A DNA stretch of 64,000 nt from a virus (taxonomy: Duplodnaviria > Caudoviricetes): IMG/VR virus record IMGVR_UViG_3300042914_002678; one strand, 5' to 3'. Position numbers and translations under genes: made by a program. The notes below the pieces were generated by a model, which was given only the letters and a program-made list of their open reading frames with translations, ran no database searches and was not told the DNA's origin. Each line of letters begins with the position of its first letter. The first letter of the stretch is position 1. Shown piece by piece: positions 34,435-43,879 of this stretch.

Positions 34435-34845
34435 ATGGCAACTCGCTCTCGCATCGGTCTTGAACTTTCTGATGGTTCTGTTCTTTCTGTGTATCATCAC
34501 TGGGACGGGATGCCTTCTTGGTTGGGTCGTATTCTCAAAACCCATTACAATAGCAAAGAACTTGTTGCTGAACTGATTGATGGTGGTGATATGAGTTCTG
34601 CCTGGACTAATGCTGGTTGGAATAATGAAACCCGCAAACAAGGTCCACTCTATTATACTGAGCGTGGTGATGAGTTTATTGCTCCTCGTCTTGATAAAGA
34701 TGCTGGTGAGTTTCTGACTAAAGATGCAGAGGAGTATGCCTATCTTTATACTCAAGATGAAGGTTGGTTGTGCTATGATACTTGTGATTGGCGCGATTCT
34801 TACCTTGAGAGCATTGAAATTCCCTCTGGAGCACTTGCTGTCTGA
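34435..34845 (+). CDS. Conserved phage hypothetical protein (MATRSRIG...YHHWDG)
   Basis: ORF track; first gene after repeat copy 1. Confidence 0.7.
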   Translation: MATRSRIGLELSDGSVLSVYHHWDGMPSWLGRILKTHYNSKELVAELIDGGDMSSAWTNAGWNNETRKQGPLYYTERGDEFIAPRLDKDAGEFLTKDAEEYAYLYTQDEGWLCYDTCDWRDSYLESIEIPSGALAV

Positions 34846-34848
34846 TCT

Positions 34849-35419
34849 ATGAAAACTTCTACTGCTCTTGGTGTTGTCTTCTTTGCAATCGTCATTGTTG
34901 TTGTTTCTGTTTTATTTGAAGCATGGTTGCTTGGACTGATTCTGTCTTGGTTTAATGTATCCTTGACCTTCTGGCAGAACCTTGCTATTGTGGTTCTTGC
35001 TAATATGATTTTCAAAAACTCTGGGGGTTCTTCCAAATGAATCGCAAGTACATCGCCGTATTTGCAATAGGTTTTCTTGCCATTATTGGTTGGAATATCT
35101 TTCTAGTTCAACGCGATGATCGAATGTATGATGCTTACTATCGCACAAAAGCGATAGAAAACCTCAAACAACCTCCTAGTAATCAAATTAGGTGATTTAC
35201 TTTCTTCTCATCTCTGCAGCATTTGGATGGTTCTTCTTCGTACTATTCTCCAAACACTTTGACTACCTAGATAAACGCAAATGATTTCTAAACTCCTTCG
35301 TGAACTGATTATGAACGCTGAACGTGAAAAGATTGCCCGTGAGTTCTGGGAAGAGATTGAACGTGAAGCAGCAAAACTTGAGATTCCTGTAGACTACTAC
35401 CTCGCGGAGTTTTATTGAT
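34849..35419 (+). CDS. Small hypothetical ORFs, several hydrophobic
   Basis: ORF track and hand reading. Confidence 0.5.
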
Positions 35420-35543
35420 GACTTTTATTCTTGGAGTTGGAGTTGGTGTTCTCATCACAGTGGGATTTGCACTTCTATCTGTTGCATCCGATGCTGATGA
35501 TGTGATTGGCAAAGATGACGAAAACTACTACAATAAATAATAA

Positions 35544-35598
35544 TGCCTGCGTTGGGTGCAATCTTCACAGGTAGAGGAGGGGCAGAGATGCTCCTTTT
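35544..35598 (+). ncRNA. Candidate antisense sRNA C upstream of a GIY-YIG gene
   Basis: ATAAATA 35533-35539; stem TGCCTG/CAGGTA; terminator AGGGGCA-GAGA-TGCTCCT-TTT; GTTGGGTGCAAT is complementary to leader ATTGCACCCAAC 35613-35624. Confidence 0.5.
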
Positions 35599-35602
35599 CT
35601 TG

Positions 35603-35610
35603 TATAAATA
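35603..35610 (+). promoter_or_regulatory. T4-type late promoter TATAAATA
   Basis: Exact consensus upstream of ATG 35636. Confidence 0.75.
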
Positions 35611-35635
35611 CTATTGCACCCAACAAAGAGCAGTT

Positions 35636-36337
35636 ATGACTAACAAAGGCAAAATTTATTGTGCCCATTGTATTTTTACTGGAAAGAAATACATAGGACA
35701 AACAAAACAAAAATTACTTTGCGATAGAATAGCAACTCATTTTGCAGATGCTAATAAAAATCATAGTAATGGTAAGTTTCAAAGAGCACTAAAAAAATAT
35801 GGAAGAAGTGGATTTATATGGGGAGTAATTGAAGAGTGTGATTTTGATACGTTAAATGATAAAGAAATCTATTGGATTGCAGAATACAAAACTGTAGAAA
35901 AGGGATATAATCTGTCTCCTGGTGGTGGGCAACCTCCAGAATATTTTTCTAAAGAATATTTGGTAGAAGAACCAAGTGGCAATAGAAAAGAAATTAAGAA
36001 TCTTTCGCAATATTCTAGGGAAAATAACTTAAATGCCGCACATATGCACGAAACACTTTATGGTAAAAGGTTGCACCATAAAGGATATAAACTTATACCA
36101 AGAACTGATGTAGAAATTGAAAGATATGAAAATGAAAGAAGTATAAGAGAGGATACTAGTAGAAAAGGAGCGCCTGGAGAAAAAAATGGTAGAGCGATAC
36201 TTGATTGGGACAAAGTTAATGAAATAAGAAAATTACATAATACCAAGAAATATAAAAATCAAGAAATATCAAATATGTTTGGAATTAAAAAAGTAACATT
36301 AGAAAAAATAGTCTCCAATAAACTGTGGACAGTTTAG
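35636..36337 (+). CDS. GIY-YIG homing endonuclease; true start probably ATG 35636, not 35543
   Basis: KIYCAHCIFTGKKYIGQT...DRIATH...EIYWI...GYN motifs. The late promoter lies inside the longer ORF-track version. Confidence 0.85.
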   Translation: MTNKGKIYCAHCIFTGKKYIGQTKQKLLCDRIATHFADANKNHSNGKFQRALKKYGRSGFIWGVIEECDFDTLNDKEIYWIAEYKTVEKGYNLSPGGGQPPEYFSKEYLVEEPSGNRKEIKNLSQYSRENNLNAAHMHETLYGKRLHHKGYKLIPRTDVEIERYENERSIREDTSRKGAPGEKNGRAILDWDKVNEIRKLHNTKKYKNQEISNMFGIKKVTLEKIVSNKLWTV

Positions 36338-36377
36338 AAACCGAACACTTGACTTTTGCCCATAAAACTTTTATGAT
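36327..36377 (+). promoter_or_regulatory. Early promoter with degenerate palindromic box
   Basis: GGACAGTTTAGAAACCGAACAC; TTGACT 36349-36354, 17 nt, TATGAT 36372-36377. Confidence 0.7.
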
Positions 36378-36392
36378 GTATCTGTTAAACAA

Positions 36393-37969
36393 ATGAGGTT
36401 AATGGCACAAAAGTTTCTCTATATCTTGGACTATTTCGTTCCACAGTTTCAATCGGAATATGGTGGATTGCTCAACGTAATCGCAGAAAATGATGAAGAA
36501 TGTTTTGATGTTGTTGTTGAATGGGATAATGAAACCTGGACAGAATACTACAGCAAACTACGAGAAAACATTGTAAAAGCACAACGCTTTCCTCTTCTTG
36601 AAAACGAAGAATCCCGAGTTGTTGAATCTTTTACCACCTGATGATTGAAACTTCAATAAATCGTCTTGAGTTTAACTTAAAACAGCAGTATCAAGAACGT
36701 ATTACTCATCTTCAGCAAAAGATTACGGAGCAACAACATGAAATCTTGCGACTCCAAGAGCAAATCAAATACATGTCAAAAGACAGATTTTACGATTGCT
36801 GAGTTTCCGCATCATCCGCCCGAAGGTTATAGTTATGAGTTTGAAGAGTTCAAGCGTGGTGTGGTCGCTGTTTGGTTGCGTTGCCATCGTAAGTTTGACT
36901 ACAATAATGGTGCCACAACTCGTACCATTTGGGGATTCTATAAATCCAAAACCAGAGAATACTTCGCCCCAGTCAATAGTAAGACCATCGGTGCTTGTGT
37001 AAATATCAAGGACACGCGGAACTATACCGCGATGCCGATTAAACTTTCACCACTAGAACTTGCATTTGTATGACCTACGAACCACAAGTCAATGATTATG
37101 TAAAATGGACAAAAGGAGTTGAGGGTTGGGTTTACTTTAAGGATAAAGAATACATTACCATTGAGTATAGTGTTCGTCCTAAAGATGAAGTCAACCTTGA
37201 GTGCTGCCCTATCCATAAGAATGAGAGATTACTTGTGATTTGTTATAATGAGCAATGGAAAGAGTTGGAGTACATTACGTCACGAAAATCAATCTATGAA
37301 GAAACAGAAAAATGCTTGGCGATTGCTTGCTAAAGCACTGGGAGAAAAAGCAAGTAAATGTGATAAAGAGGCGGATAGGGTTGCACTTATCCGCCTTGTG
37401 ATGTTTCTGTCTATTCTTATTACCAACTGTTTCATTGTTGCTAATGCTATCAGGCATTGGAATGATAAAACAGAAATCTATTTGATTATTGATGAGAATT
37501 ATGTGCCAAATAGTGGAGTATTAAAGTTAGGATCGTCTAAAGTGTCACTATAATGTAAGCACAGAATCTATGGACTGCTACGACGACATCCAAATTGAAG
37601 AATTGCAAAACTTTGATTTCGTTGGAGAAGATTTGATTGATTTGATTGAAGAAAACAACGATTTCAACATCAAAGATTACATCAACGGCAACTACGATTA
37701 CTGAGTGACAGTTTCCAAACTGTCCACTAAATCACCCACACACCTCTTTAATCCTTTATTATTCTCAAATGACTGAACACATCCCTAACGTGCTGTCTCA
37801 CATTCAAGAACTGAAAGAAACCTGGCGTCGTCAAGATTTCACGTTCACTAAACAGCAACAAGAAGAATACGATCTCTTGCTTGCTACTCGCCGCGAACGT
37901 GTTAAGCAATTCTATGCTGAGGGTCGCGTCTTTAAGGGTTCCTATAAAGCAAAGGAAGAGGACATCTAA
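36393..37969 (+). CDS. Run of small hypothetical ORFs
   Basis: ORF track (36393, 36738, 37070, 37248 with likely start about 37284, 37769). Confidence 0.55.
37707..37727 (+). promoter_or_regulatory. Perfect palindromic box GACAGTT-TCC-AAACTGTC
   Basis: Most symmetric copy of the upstream early-promoter box; precedes ORF 37769. Confidence 0.65.
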
Positions 37970-37998
37970 ATACTAAAAAGTAGTGTTTAGATACTAAA

Positions 37999-38646
37999 AT
38001 GAAAACCTTTCAGGAGTTTATGTCTCTTTGTGAAGCATCTGATGCTGATACTGCAAAGCAACTTGGTTGGGGTGGTGGTGCATCTGTCACCCGCCAAGGT
38101 GAAGGTGGTAGAGTAGGAAGAGAGCGCAAAAAGTCTACTCCTGAAAGACGCAGAGTAAAACACGTTGGTGGTGGTAAAACTGAACCTGTAGATTACAAAC
38201 CACGCAAAGATATTGGTCAACAAAGACAACGTTCTGAGCGTGAACAACAACCAACACAAGAGCGTGGAAGTGCTAGAGAAAGACAACTAGCAGCAGCAAA
38301 AGAAGAAAGAAGAAAAGCAGCACAAGCAAGAGCAGCAGCAAAGAAAGGTGGTGGAGAAACACCTACAGCAGCAAAACCAAAAGCAAAAGAAGTAGCAAAG
38401 ACTGCTACTAAGTTACTTGCAACCAAGAAAGAAAAGAAACCAGTAAGTCCTGACTACAAACCAGCAAAAGCATCTGGTTTGTCTGCAAAAGAAAGAAACA
38501 AGCAGACTAGAGAAGGTGAAAGAATGTTGAGAGGTATAATGAAACAGCAAGAAACTGAGAAGTATAAGAAAGCAACTGGAGAATCGCCAAAAGGTAAAGC
38601 AAAGACCAAGATTCTCGCTCACGTTGAAAAGAGAATGGCAAATTGA
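37999..38646 (+). CDS. Highly basic K/R/A/E-rich protein, probably late-expressed
   Basis: Low-complexity charged composition; late-type TCTAAATA at 37965-37972. Confidence 0.6.
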   Translation: MKTFQEFMSLCEASDADTAKQLGWGGGASVTRQGEGGRVGRERKKSTPERRRVKHVGGGKTEPVDYKPRKDIGQQRQRSEREQQPTQERGSARERQLAAAKEERRKAAQARAAAKKGGGETPTAAKPKAKEVAKTATKLLATKKEKKPVSPDYKPAKASGLSAKERNKQTREGERMLRGIMKQQETEKYKKATGESPKGKAKTKILAHVEKRMAN

Positions 38647-38687
38647 GTTGCCATTAAAGTTAGGATCGCTCAAAGTGTCCTAGTAGT

Positions 38688-39184
38688 ATGACTGATGCCT
38701 TCGCTATGGACCGAATTGAAATCCAACGCAAACTCTATGATGCTCGCAATGAGTATCTGAAGGCAAAGAAGTCTATGGAGTTTTGGAAACGTGAAATCTC
38801 CTTCCTGAAAGAGTGTGAAGACAACCTCAAAAAAGGTCGCACTGGAGATTGGTTATTTGATGAAATGTTTGGCGATACTCCTATTGCTGAAGAAGTCTAC
38901 GGCGGTTGATTGACTGCTACTAGCACCCTCTAGAATCGCCTAGAAGGGTGCTATTCTTGTCTTTAGATACCAAACCACTGAGAACAATGAGTTACATTCA
39001 AATCCCTGATTTTGTGTTTGATAGCATCATCAACAACCTACAAAGAGGTTATGCTGTGTGTGATGCAGTAGACCATAACTCTGAAGAAATAGAGAAGTCA
39101 CCATCCTATGCAACTGGGTACAGTCGTGCTACAATAGCAAGTGTACTTGAAGACCTGAAGCGATACAAACAAACTGTGAATTAA
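38688..39184 (+). CDS. Two small hypothetical ORFs separated by a hairpin (38921-38953)
   Basis: ORF track; TAGCACCCT...AGGGTGCTA inverted repeat. Confidence 0.55.
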
Positions 39185-39216
39185 AGTTAGGATCGTCCAA
39201 ACTGTCCCAATACTAG

Positions 39217-40461
39217 ATGATGATACCAATGCAAATCCAACTCCGCCCCCATCAAGAACGTGGTGTTGCTGCTATGCAGAAGCACAACAAAGGTCAAATC
39301 ATTGTGCCTACTGGTGGCGGCAAGACTCTCAAGATGATCTATGATGCTCTGCGACAGTTGCAGTCTGAAACTCCGCAGACCATTGTTGTAGTTGCTCCGC
39401 GTATTTTGCTTGCTGAGCAACTCTCTTCTGAGTTTCTTGAGTTCATCACTAATGCTAAAGTCTTCCACGTCCACAGTGGAGAAACTCACCACGAATCTTC
39501 TACTCGCCCTCAAGAGATTCGCAACTGGGTTGAGCGCAATGCTGGCAATCATCGCCTGATTGTAACCACCTACAACTCTCTGTCGCGTCTTCAAGTGGCA
39601 GAGATTGATGTGGATACGATCTACTTTGATGAGGCACATAACTCTGTTCAGCGTCACTTTTTCCCTGCAACTGAGCACTTCTCTGCTAACGCAAAGCGTT
39701 GCTACTTCTTTACCGCAACTCCAAAGCATAGTCTTGCTGTTGGCAAACCTGGGATGAATGATGCTGCTGTTTATGGTCAGGTCATCTGCAAAGTTCCTGC
39801 TCCTGAGTTGGTTGAAGGTGGTTACATTGTGCCCCCTAAAGTCATCGTCAAGCAACTTGCTATGGTGACTGGAAAGCAGACCAACTTTGACCGCGACGCG
39901 GAGAATCTGCTGGAAACGATTGACGACAACAAAGTCGGCAAGATTCTGATTTGTGCTAAGGCAACCAAGCAGATTGTCTCCCTGGTGTCTGAAACTGATT
40001 TCTGCACTCAACTAGAGTTTCGCGGATACTCTTGGATGTATATTACTGCCAAGACTGGAGCAGTCATTGATGGTCGCAAAGTGAACCGTGAGGTATTCTT
40101 TGACACCCTATCTGCCTGGGGCAAAGACAACTCCAAGAAGTTTGTGGTTCTGCATCATAGCATCCTCGCAGAAGGCATCAACGTCAGCGGTCTGGAAGCA
40201 GTGCTGTTTCTTCGCAACATGGACTTCATCGGTATCTCCCAGACCATTGGACGTTGCATCCGTTTGCATCACGATGATGCCAAAGGTATGCGCGATGGAC
40301 GTATTGAACCTGGCAACCTGAGTCAGTATAGCAAATCGTTCGGTCTTGTGTGCATCCCTGTCTACAGCAAGGTTGGTATTGCTACTGCCCGCAGTGTTCA
40401 GTCGGTTGTTGACACTATCTTCCAGAAGGGCGAACCTGCCATCTCTGTGGTGAGGCGGTGA
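39217..40461 (+). CDS. SF2 DEAH-box helicase, copy 2 (start may be ATG 39229)
   Basis: LRPHQ, PTGGGKT, DEAHNS, FTAT, EGINVS, QTIGRCIR; colinear with 12312-13544. Confidence 0.9.
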   Translation: MMIPMQIQLRPHQERGVAAMQKHNKGQIIVPTGGGKTLKMIYDALRQLQSETPQTIVVVAPRILLAEQLSSEFLEFITNAKVFHVHSGETHHESSTRPQEIRNWVERNAGNHRLIVTTYNSLSRLQVAEIDVDTIYFDEAHNSVQRHFFPATEHFSANAKRCYFFTATPKHSLAVGKPGMNDAAVYGQVICKVPAPELVEGGYIVPPKVIVKQLAMVTGKQTNFDRDAENLLETIDDNKVGKILICAKATKQIVSLVSETDFCTQLEFRGYSWMYITAKTGAVIDGRKVNREVFFDTLSAWGKDNSKKFVVLHHSILAEGINVSGLEAVLFLRNMDFIGISQTIGRCIRLHHDDAKGMRDGRIEPGNLSQYSKSFGLVCIPVYSKVGIATARSVQSVVDTIFQKGEPAISVVRR

Positions 40462-40579
40462 GTCTCACCCGAGACTCAAGTGCTGGTCATGGGTCAAACC
40501 CTGATTTTTTTGCAATTCTACCTGGAGGGTGTCATAGGTTATCCTCCGCAACCAAATCAACGATTTTTTTGAAAGTATA

Positions 40580-40756
40580 ATGAAAGAAGGATTTACAATG
40601 TTCAAAGACACCTATGCTGCTGTTCCTTATGGTAATCAACTGATGGTCATTCACAACGGAGAGCAACTCAAAGTGTGCAGGACCGAAGCATCAGCTAGAA
40701 AGTTCATTGATGACCACAAAAAAGGTAAATCAATGGCAAAACTTCCTGTCAATTAA
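40580..40756 (+). CDS. 58-aa hypothetical protein, paralogue of 13720-13953
   Basis: Hand translation MKEGFTMFKDTYAAVPYGNQLMVIHNGEQL...; stop TAA inside repeat copy 5. Confidence 0.7.
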   Translation: MKEGFTMFKDTYAAVPYGNQLMVIHNGEQLKVCRTEASARKFIDDHKKGKSMAKLPVN

Positions 40757-40786
40757 AGTTAGGATCGTCTAAAGTGTTCCCATAGA

Positions 40787-41542
40787 GTGAGTGCTCCCAC
40801 AATGCAACAAGTAATCAAGCAACTGATTGAGGATTGTACCTCTCATCTTCCTAAAGCATTGCGATGGTACACTGATGTCAACCAACCGATTAAGGTGATT
40901 GATGATACCCTCAGTGAGGTCATCCACGCATACTGCCACAACACAAGATGTGGTGGTTCTGGTGGTGGTGGATGGGACCACGTTGATAATGGCGAAGACA
41001 AGAATAGTTCGCACATTCAATCCTACATCTGCCCTGATTGTGGTAAGAAAGTAGTATTCTTTGCTGAGCAATGCCCCTCTTGTGGTAGTACAAAGCGCGG
41101 TAAGATTCCTCACGATGGACGTTGGGGAATCAGTGCATCTTCTCACTTTAAGTGGTATGATGAACTAAAAGAATACCGACTCCAACTGATTGAACCTCTG
41201 ACAGATGATGCTTCTTGTCGTCAGTTTCGCCTGCGTTATTGGGTGCTTGCTAAAGACTCTGAGCACCTGAATCTTTATGCAAAAGCACAACTAGAGAGTC
41301 CAAAGTCTAATCACATCAACTTCCAACCATTGAAGGTTGATTTCTACCTGAGTCGCCCTATTCTCAAGTATGATGGTGTACTCACCATCCACGATGATCG
41401 TACTCAATTTGAGTTTGATTTCTTTGATTTGGATAACCAAACTCCTGAAGAAATCCCTGTAGAGTATGCTGGTGCAAACTCCCAAACTGTGGTAGAATCT
41501 AAGAAACTTGGCAAGGAGCGTGGAGAATGGGTGAGGAACTAA
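40787..41542 (+). CDS. Putative restriction-type endonuclease with Zn ribbon
   Basis: CPDC...CPSC; GWD...GEDK resembles a PD-(D/E)xK core; overlaps the downstream methylase by 16 bp. Confidence 0.4.
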   Translation: MSAPTMQQVIKQLIEDCTSHLPKALRWYTDVNQPIKVIDDTLSEVIHAYCHNTRCGGSGGGGWDHVDNGEDKNSSHIQSYICPDCGKKVVFFAEQCPSCGSTKRGKIPHDGRWGISASSHFKWYDELKEYRLQLIEPLTDDASCRQFRLRYWVLAKDSEHLNLYAKAQLESPKSNHINFQPLKVDFYLSRPILKYDGVLTIHDDRTQFEFDFFDLDNQTPEEIPVEYAGANSQTVVESKKLGKERGEWVRN

Positions 41543-42450
41543 TTTACAAGAATCAAGACTGTATTGAGTTCCTCCAGTCCCTAGAAAGTAGGTCTGTAGA
41601 TTTAATCTGTACAGACCCACCTTACTATCGTGTTGTCAACGATGAGTGGGACAATCAGTGGTTCACTATAGACCAATACTACGAATGGTGTGAGCAGTGG
41701 ATTACTGAGTTGGGTAGAGTTGCCAAGTGGGGATGTAGTTTCTGGTTGTTTGGTTTCCCACAACAACTCTGCAATCTTCTGCCTGTGATTGAACGTGCTG
41801 GATTCACATTCCGTCAGCAGATTGTAGTGAACAAAGGGATGCAAGCAGTTGCAGGTAGAACAAGTGATAAACTTAAAATGTTTCCTACTGCCACCGAATC
41901 TATCTTCTTCTTTCACTATGAAGCAAGAGATTACATCCGTGATTTACTACAGGCAGAGCGTAAAAGATTGGGGTGGAAAGGTTGCGACGTGAATGGATTT
42001 CTTGGTAAAGCAACAACAGGTGGTGGCACATTTGCTTGCATTGCATCCGAAAAGAAACCACGGGAGCATAGAGTCTACCCTACCAGAGATGATTGGACTA
42101 AGTTACAAGAAGTAATGAATCTTCCTGAGTATGATGAACTGGTCTACACATTTAATTTACAGCGAGGTCTGACAGATGTGTGGGATGACATCAACTTCTA
42201 TGACCGCAAAGTTGAGAAGTTCCATAGCACACAGAAACCTATTCCGTTAATGGAAAGGTTAGTGCTTACTTCATCCAAACCAGGGCAAACAGTTCTTGAC
42301 ATTTTTGGTGGATCAGGTTCTACTGGTGTTGCTTGCAAAATGCACGGAAGAAAGTTCGTTGGTTGTGAAGTTGATGAGACATACTATCAGAAGTCACTGC
42401 AAAGAATTGAAAGCACAGAAAAACAGTCAACTCCTATTGATTTCTTCTGA
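41527..42450 (+). CDS. Beta-class N6-adenine/N4-cytosine DNA methyltransferase
   Basis: DCIEFL...DLICTDPPY near the N-terminus, HSTQKP, and VLDIFGGSGSTGVA...FVGCE SAM-binding motif near the C-terminus. Confidence 0.9.
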   Translation: MGEELIYKNQDCIEFLQSLESRSVDLICTDPPYYRVVNDEWDNQWFTIDQYYEWCEQWITELGRVAKWGCSFWLFGFPQQLCNLLPVIERAGFTFRQQIVVNKGMQAVAGRTSDKLKMFPTATESIFFFHYEARDYIRDLLQAERKRLGWKGCDVNGFLGKATTGGGTFACIASEKKPREHRVYPTRDDWTKLQEVMNLPEYDELVYTFNLQRGLTDVWDDINFYDRKVEKFHSTQKPIPLMERLVLTSSKPGQTVLDIFGGSGSTGVACKMHGRKFVGCEVDETYYQKSLQRIESTEKQSTPIDFF

Positions 42451-42485
42451 ATTAAAGTTAGGATCGTCCAAACTGTCCCAATAGT

Positions 42486-43409
42486 ATGAGCAAGCAACCA
42501 ATGCAGAACAAGCACCTAGAGCATCCTGAAGATGAGATCCTGACGGGCAATCTGTCAGTTCTGGATTGGTTCTCTGAGGTAGATTCTACCATCAGCATCA
42601 AGATGGATGGTGCGCCTGCTATCGTTTGGGGAACTAATCCTCAGAATGGTAAGTTCTTTGTTTGCACGAAAGCAGCATTTAACAAGAAAAAGATTCGCCT
42701 TTGCTATAACGAGGATGACATCTTCACTCATTTCGGTGGACAACCTCGTGTAACTCAAATCCTCATTTTCTGCCTGGATTTTCTGCCTCGCACTAAGCAA
42801 GTGCTGCAAGGTGATTGGATTGGTTTTGGTAGTGGGTTGGATACATTTACTCCCAATACAATTACCTACAAGTTCCCTGCACCAGTTCGTCAGGACATTA
42901 TCATTGCTCCGCATACAATCTACAGCGGTTCTGATGACATCCGTGAGATGATTGCTGCTCCTCTGCAATCCAAACTCATTAGCACTAAGCATTGCCTGTT
43001 TGTGCAACCTGAAGTGGAACTGAACCCTTATCGTGAAGATTTGGAGGATGTGTGTAAGTTTGCCAAGCAAATGAGCACTCTGTGTGAGTTTGTGACGCCG
43101 AACAAAGCAACACAAATCAAAAAAGAGATTAACGCTTGCATCAGGGAGCAAATCCCCGTGAATGAAAATGAAATTGCAGAAAAATGCGATTGTGACATCA
43201 ACCTGATTCGTTTGTGGAAACTCGTTGCATCTATCAAGGAAGATTTGTTCCTGTTCATTCACGAGAAGGATGAGATTGAGTGTTACATTCACGATGTGCA
43301 ATCCTTCCACGAAGGTTATTGTATCACCAACAAACACGGCATTTATAAAGTCGTTGATCGTGAAGTATTCTCTCATGCCAACTTCACCATCGCTAAGAAT
43401 TGGGGTTGA
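42486..43409 (+). CDS. Conserved cyanophage-type protein with a KxDG motif (possible ligase/nucleotidyltransferase-like fold)
   Basis: NKHLEHPED...SIKMDGAPAIVWG...QGD...HEGY...YKVV. Confidence 0.45.
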   Translation: MSKQPMQNKHLEHPEDEILTGNLSVLDWFSEVDSTISIKMDGAPAIVWGTNPQNGKFFVCTKAAFNKKKIRLCYNEDDIFTHFGGQPRVTQILIFCLDFLPRTKQVLQGDWIGFGSGLDTFTPNTITYKFPAPVRQDIIIAPHTIYSGSDDIREMIAAPLQSKLISTKHCLFVQPEVELNPYREDLEDVCKFAKQMSTLCEFVTPNKATQIKKEINACIREQIPVNENEIAEKCDCDINLIRLWKLVASIKEDLFLFIHEKDEIECYIHDVQSFHEGYCITNKHGIYKVVDREVFSHANFTIAKNWG

Positions 43410-43444
43410 ATTAAAGTTAGGATCGTCCAAAGTGTTCTAGTAGT

Positions 43445-43879
43445 ATGACAACCACAACTTTCGCAGAATACGCTGCACAAGCAGAAGCAAAACAAAACAT
43501 TGCTAATGCTGTTCTAGCACATACTTACGCATTGTGTGAAGCATTGCGTCAAAACTACATCGACTATTCTATTCGTAGTCATCAACTTCGCACTTCTGAT
43601 GTAGAGTATCATGATGCACAGATTGCTAAACTTAAGCAAGGAACTTGTGATTATGATTTCTACCCCGAGACTGGTAGAAAGTATCATAAAGTTATTCTGA
43701 ACGCTGCTGGATCTCGTTCGGTTCATTGTTTCATTGACAAGCAAACTGGTGAGGTTTATAAGTCTGCCAGTTGGAAGTCTCCTGCCAAAGGTGTACGTTA
43801 TGACCTGCGAATCATAGAGCAACGTGAATGGTTGCTTGAACATGCAGATTGGGCAGGTGCCTATCTTTACCAGCGTTGA
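43445..43879 (+). CDS. Conserved phage hypothetical protein (GRKYHKV...VHCFID...YKSASWKSPAKGVRY)
   Basis: ORF track; starts at the end of repeat copy 7. Confidence 0.7.
   Translation: MTTTTFAEYAAQAEAKQNIANAVLAHTYALCEALRQNYIDYSIRSHQLRTSDVEYHDAQIAKLKQGTCDYDFYPETGRKYHKVILNAAGSRSVHCFIDKQTGEVYKSASWKSPAKGVRYDLRIIEQREWLLEHADWAGAYLYQR

Noticed and set aside
35543-35635. N-terminal extension of the GIY-YIG ORF given by the ORF track
   Set aside because: It spans a hairpin, a terminator and a late promoter; the catalytic motif begins right after ATG 35636.
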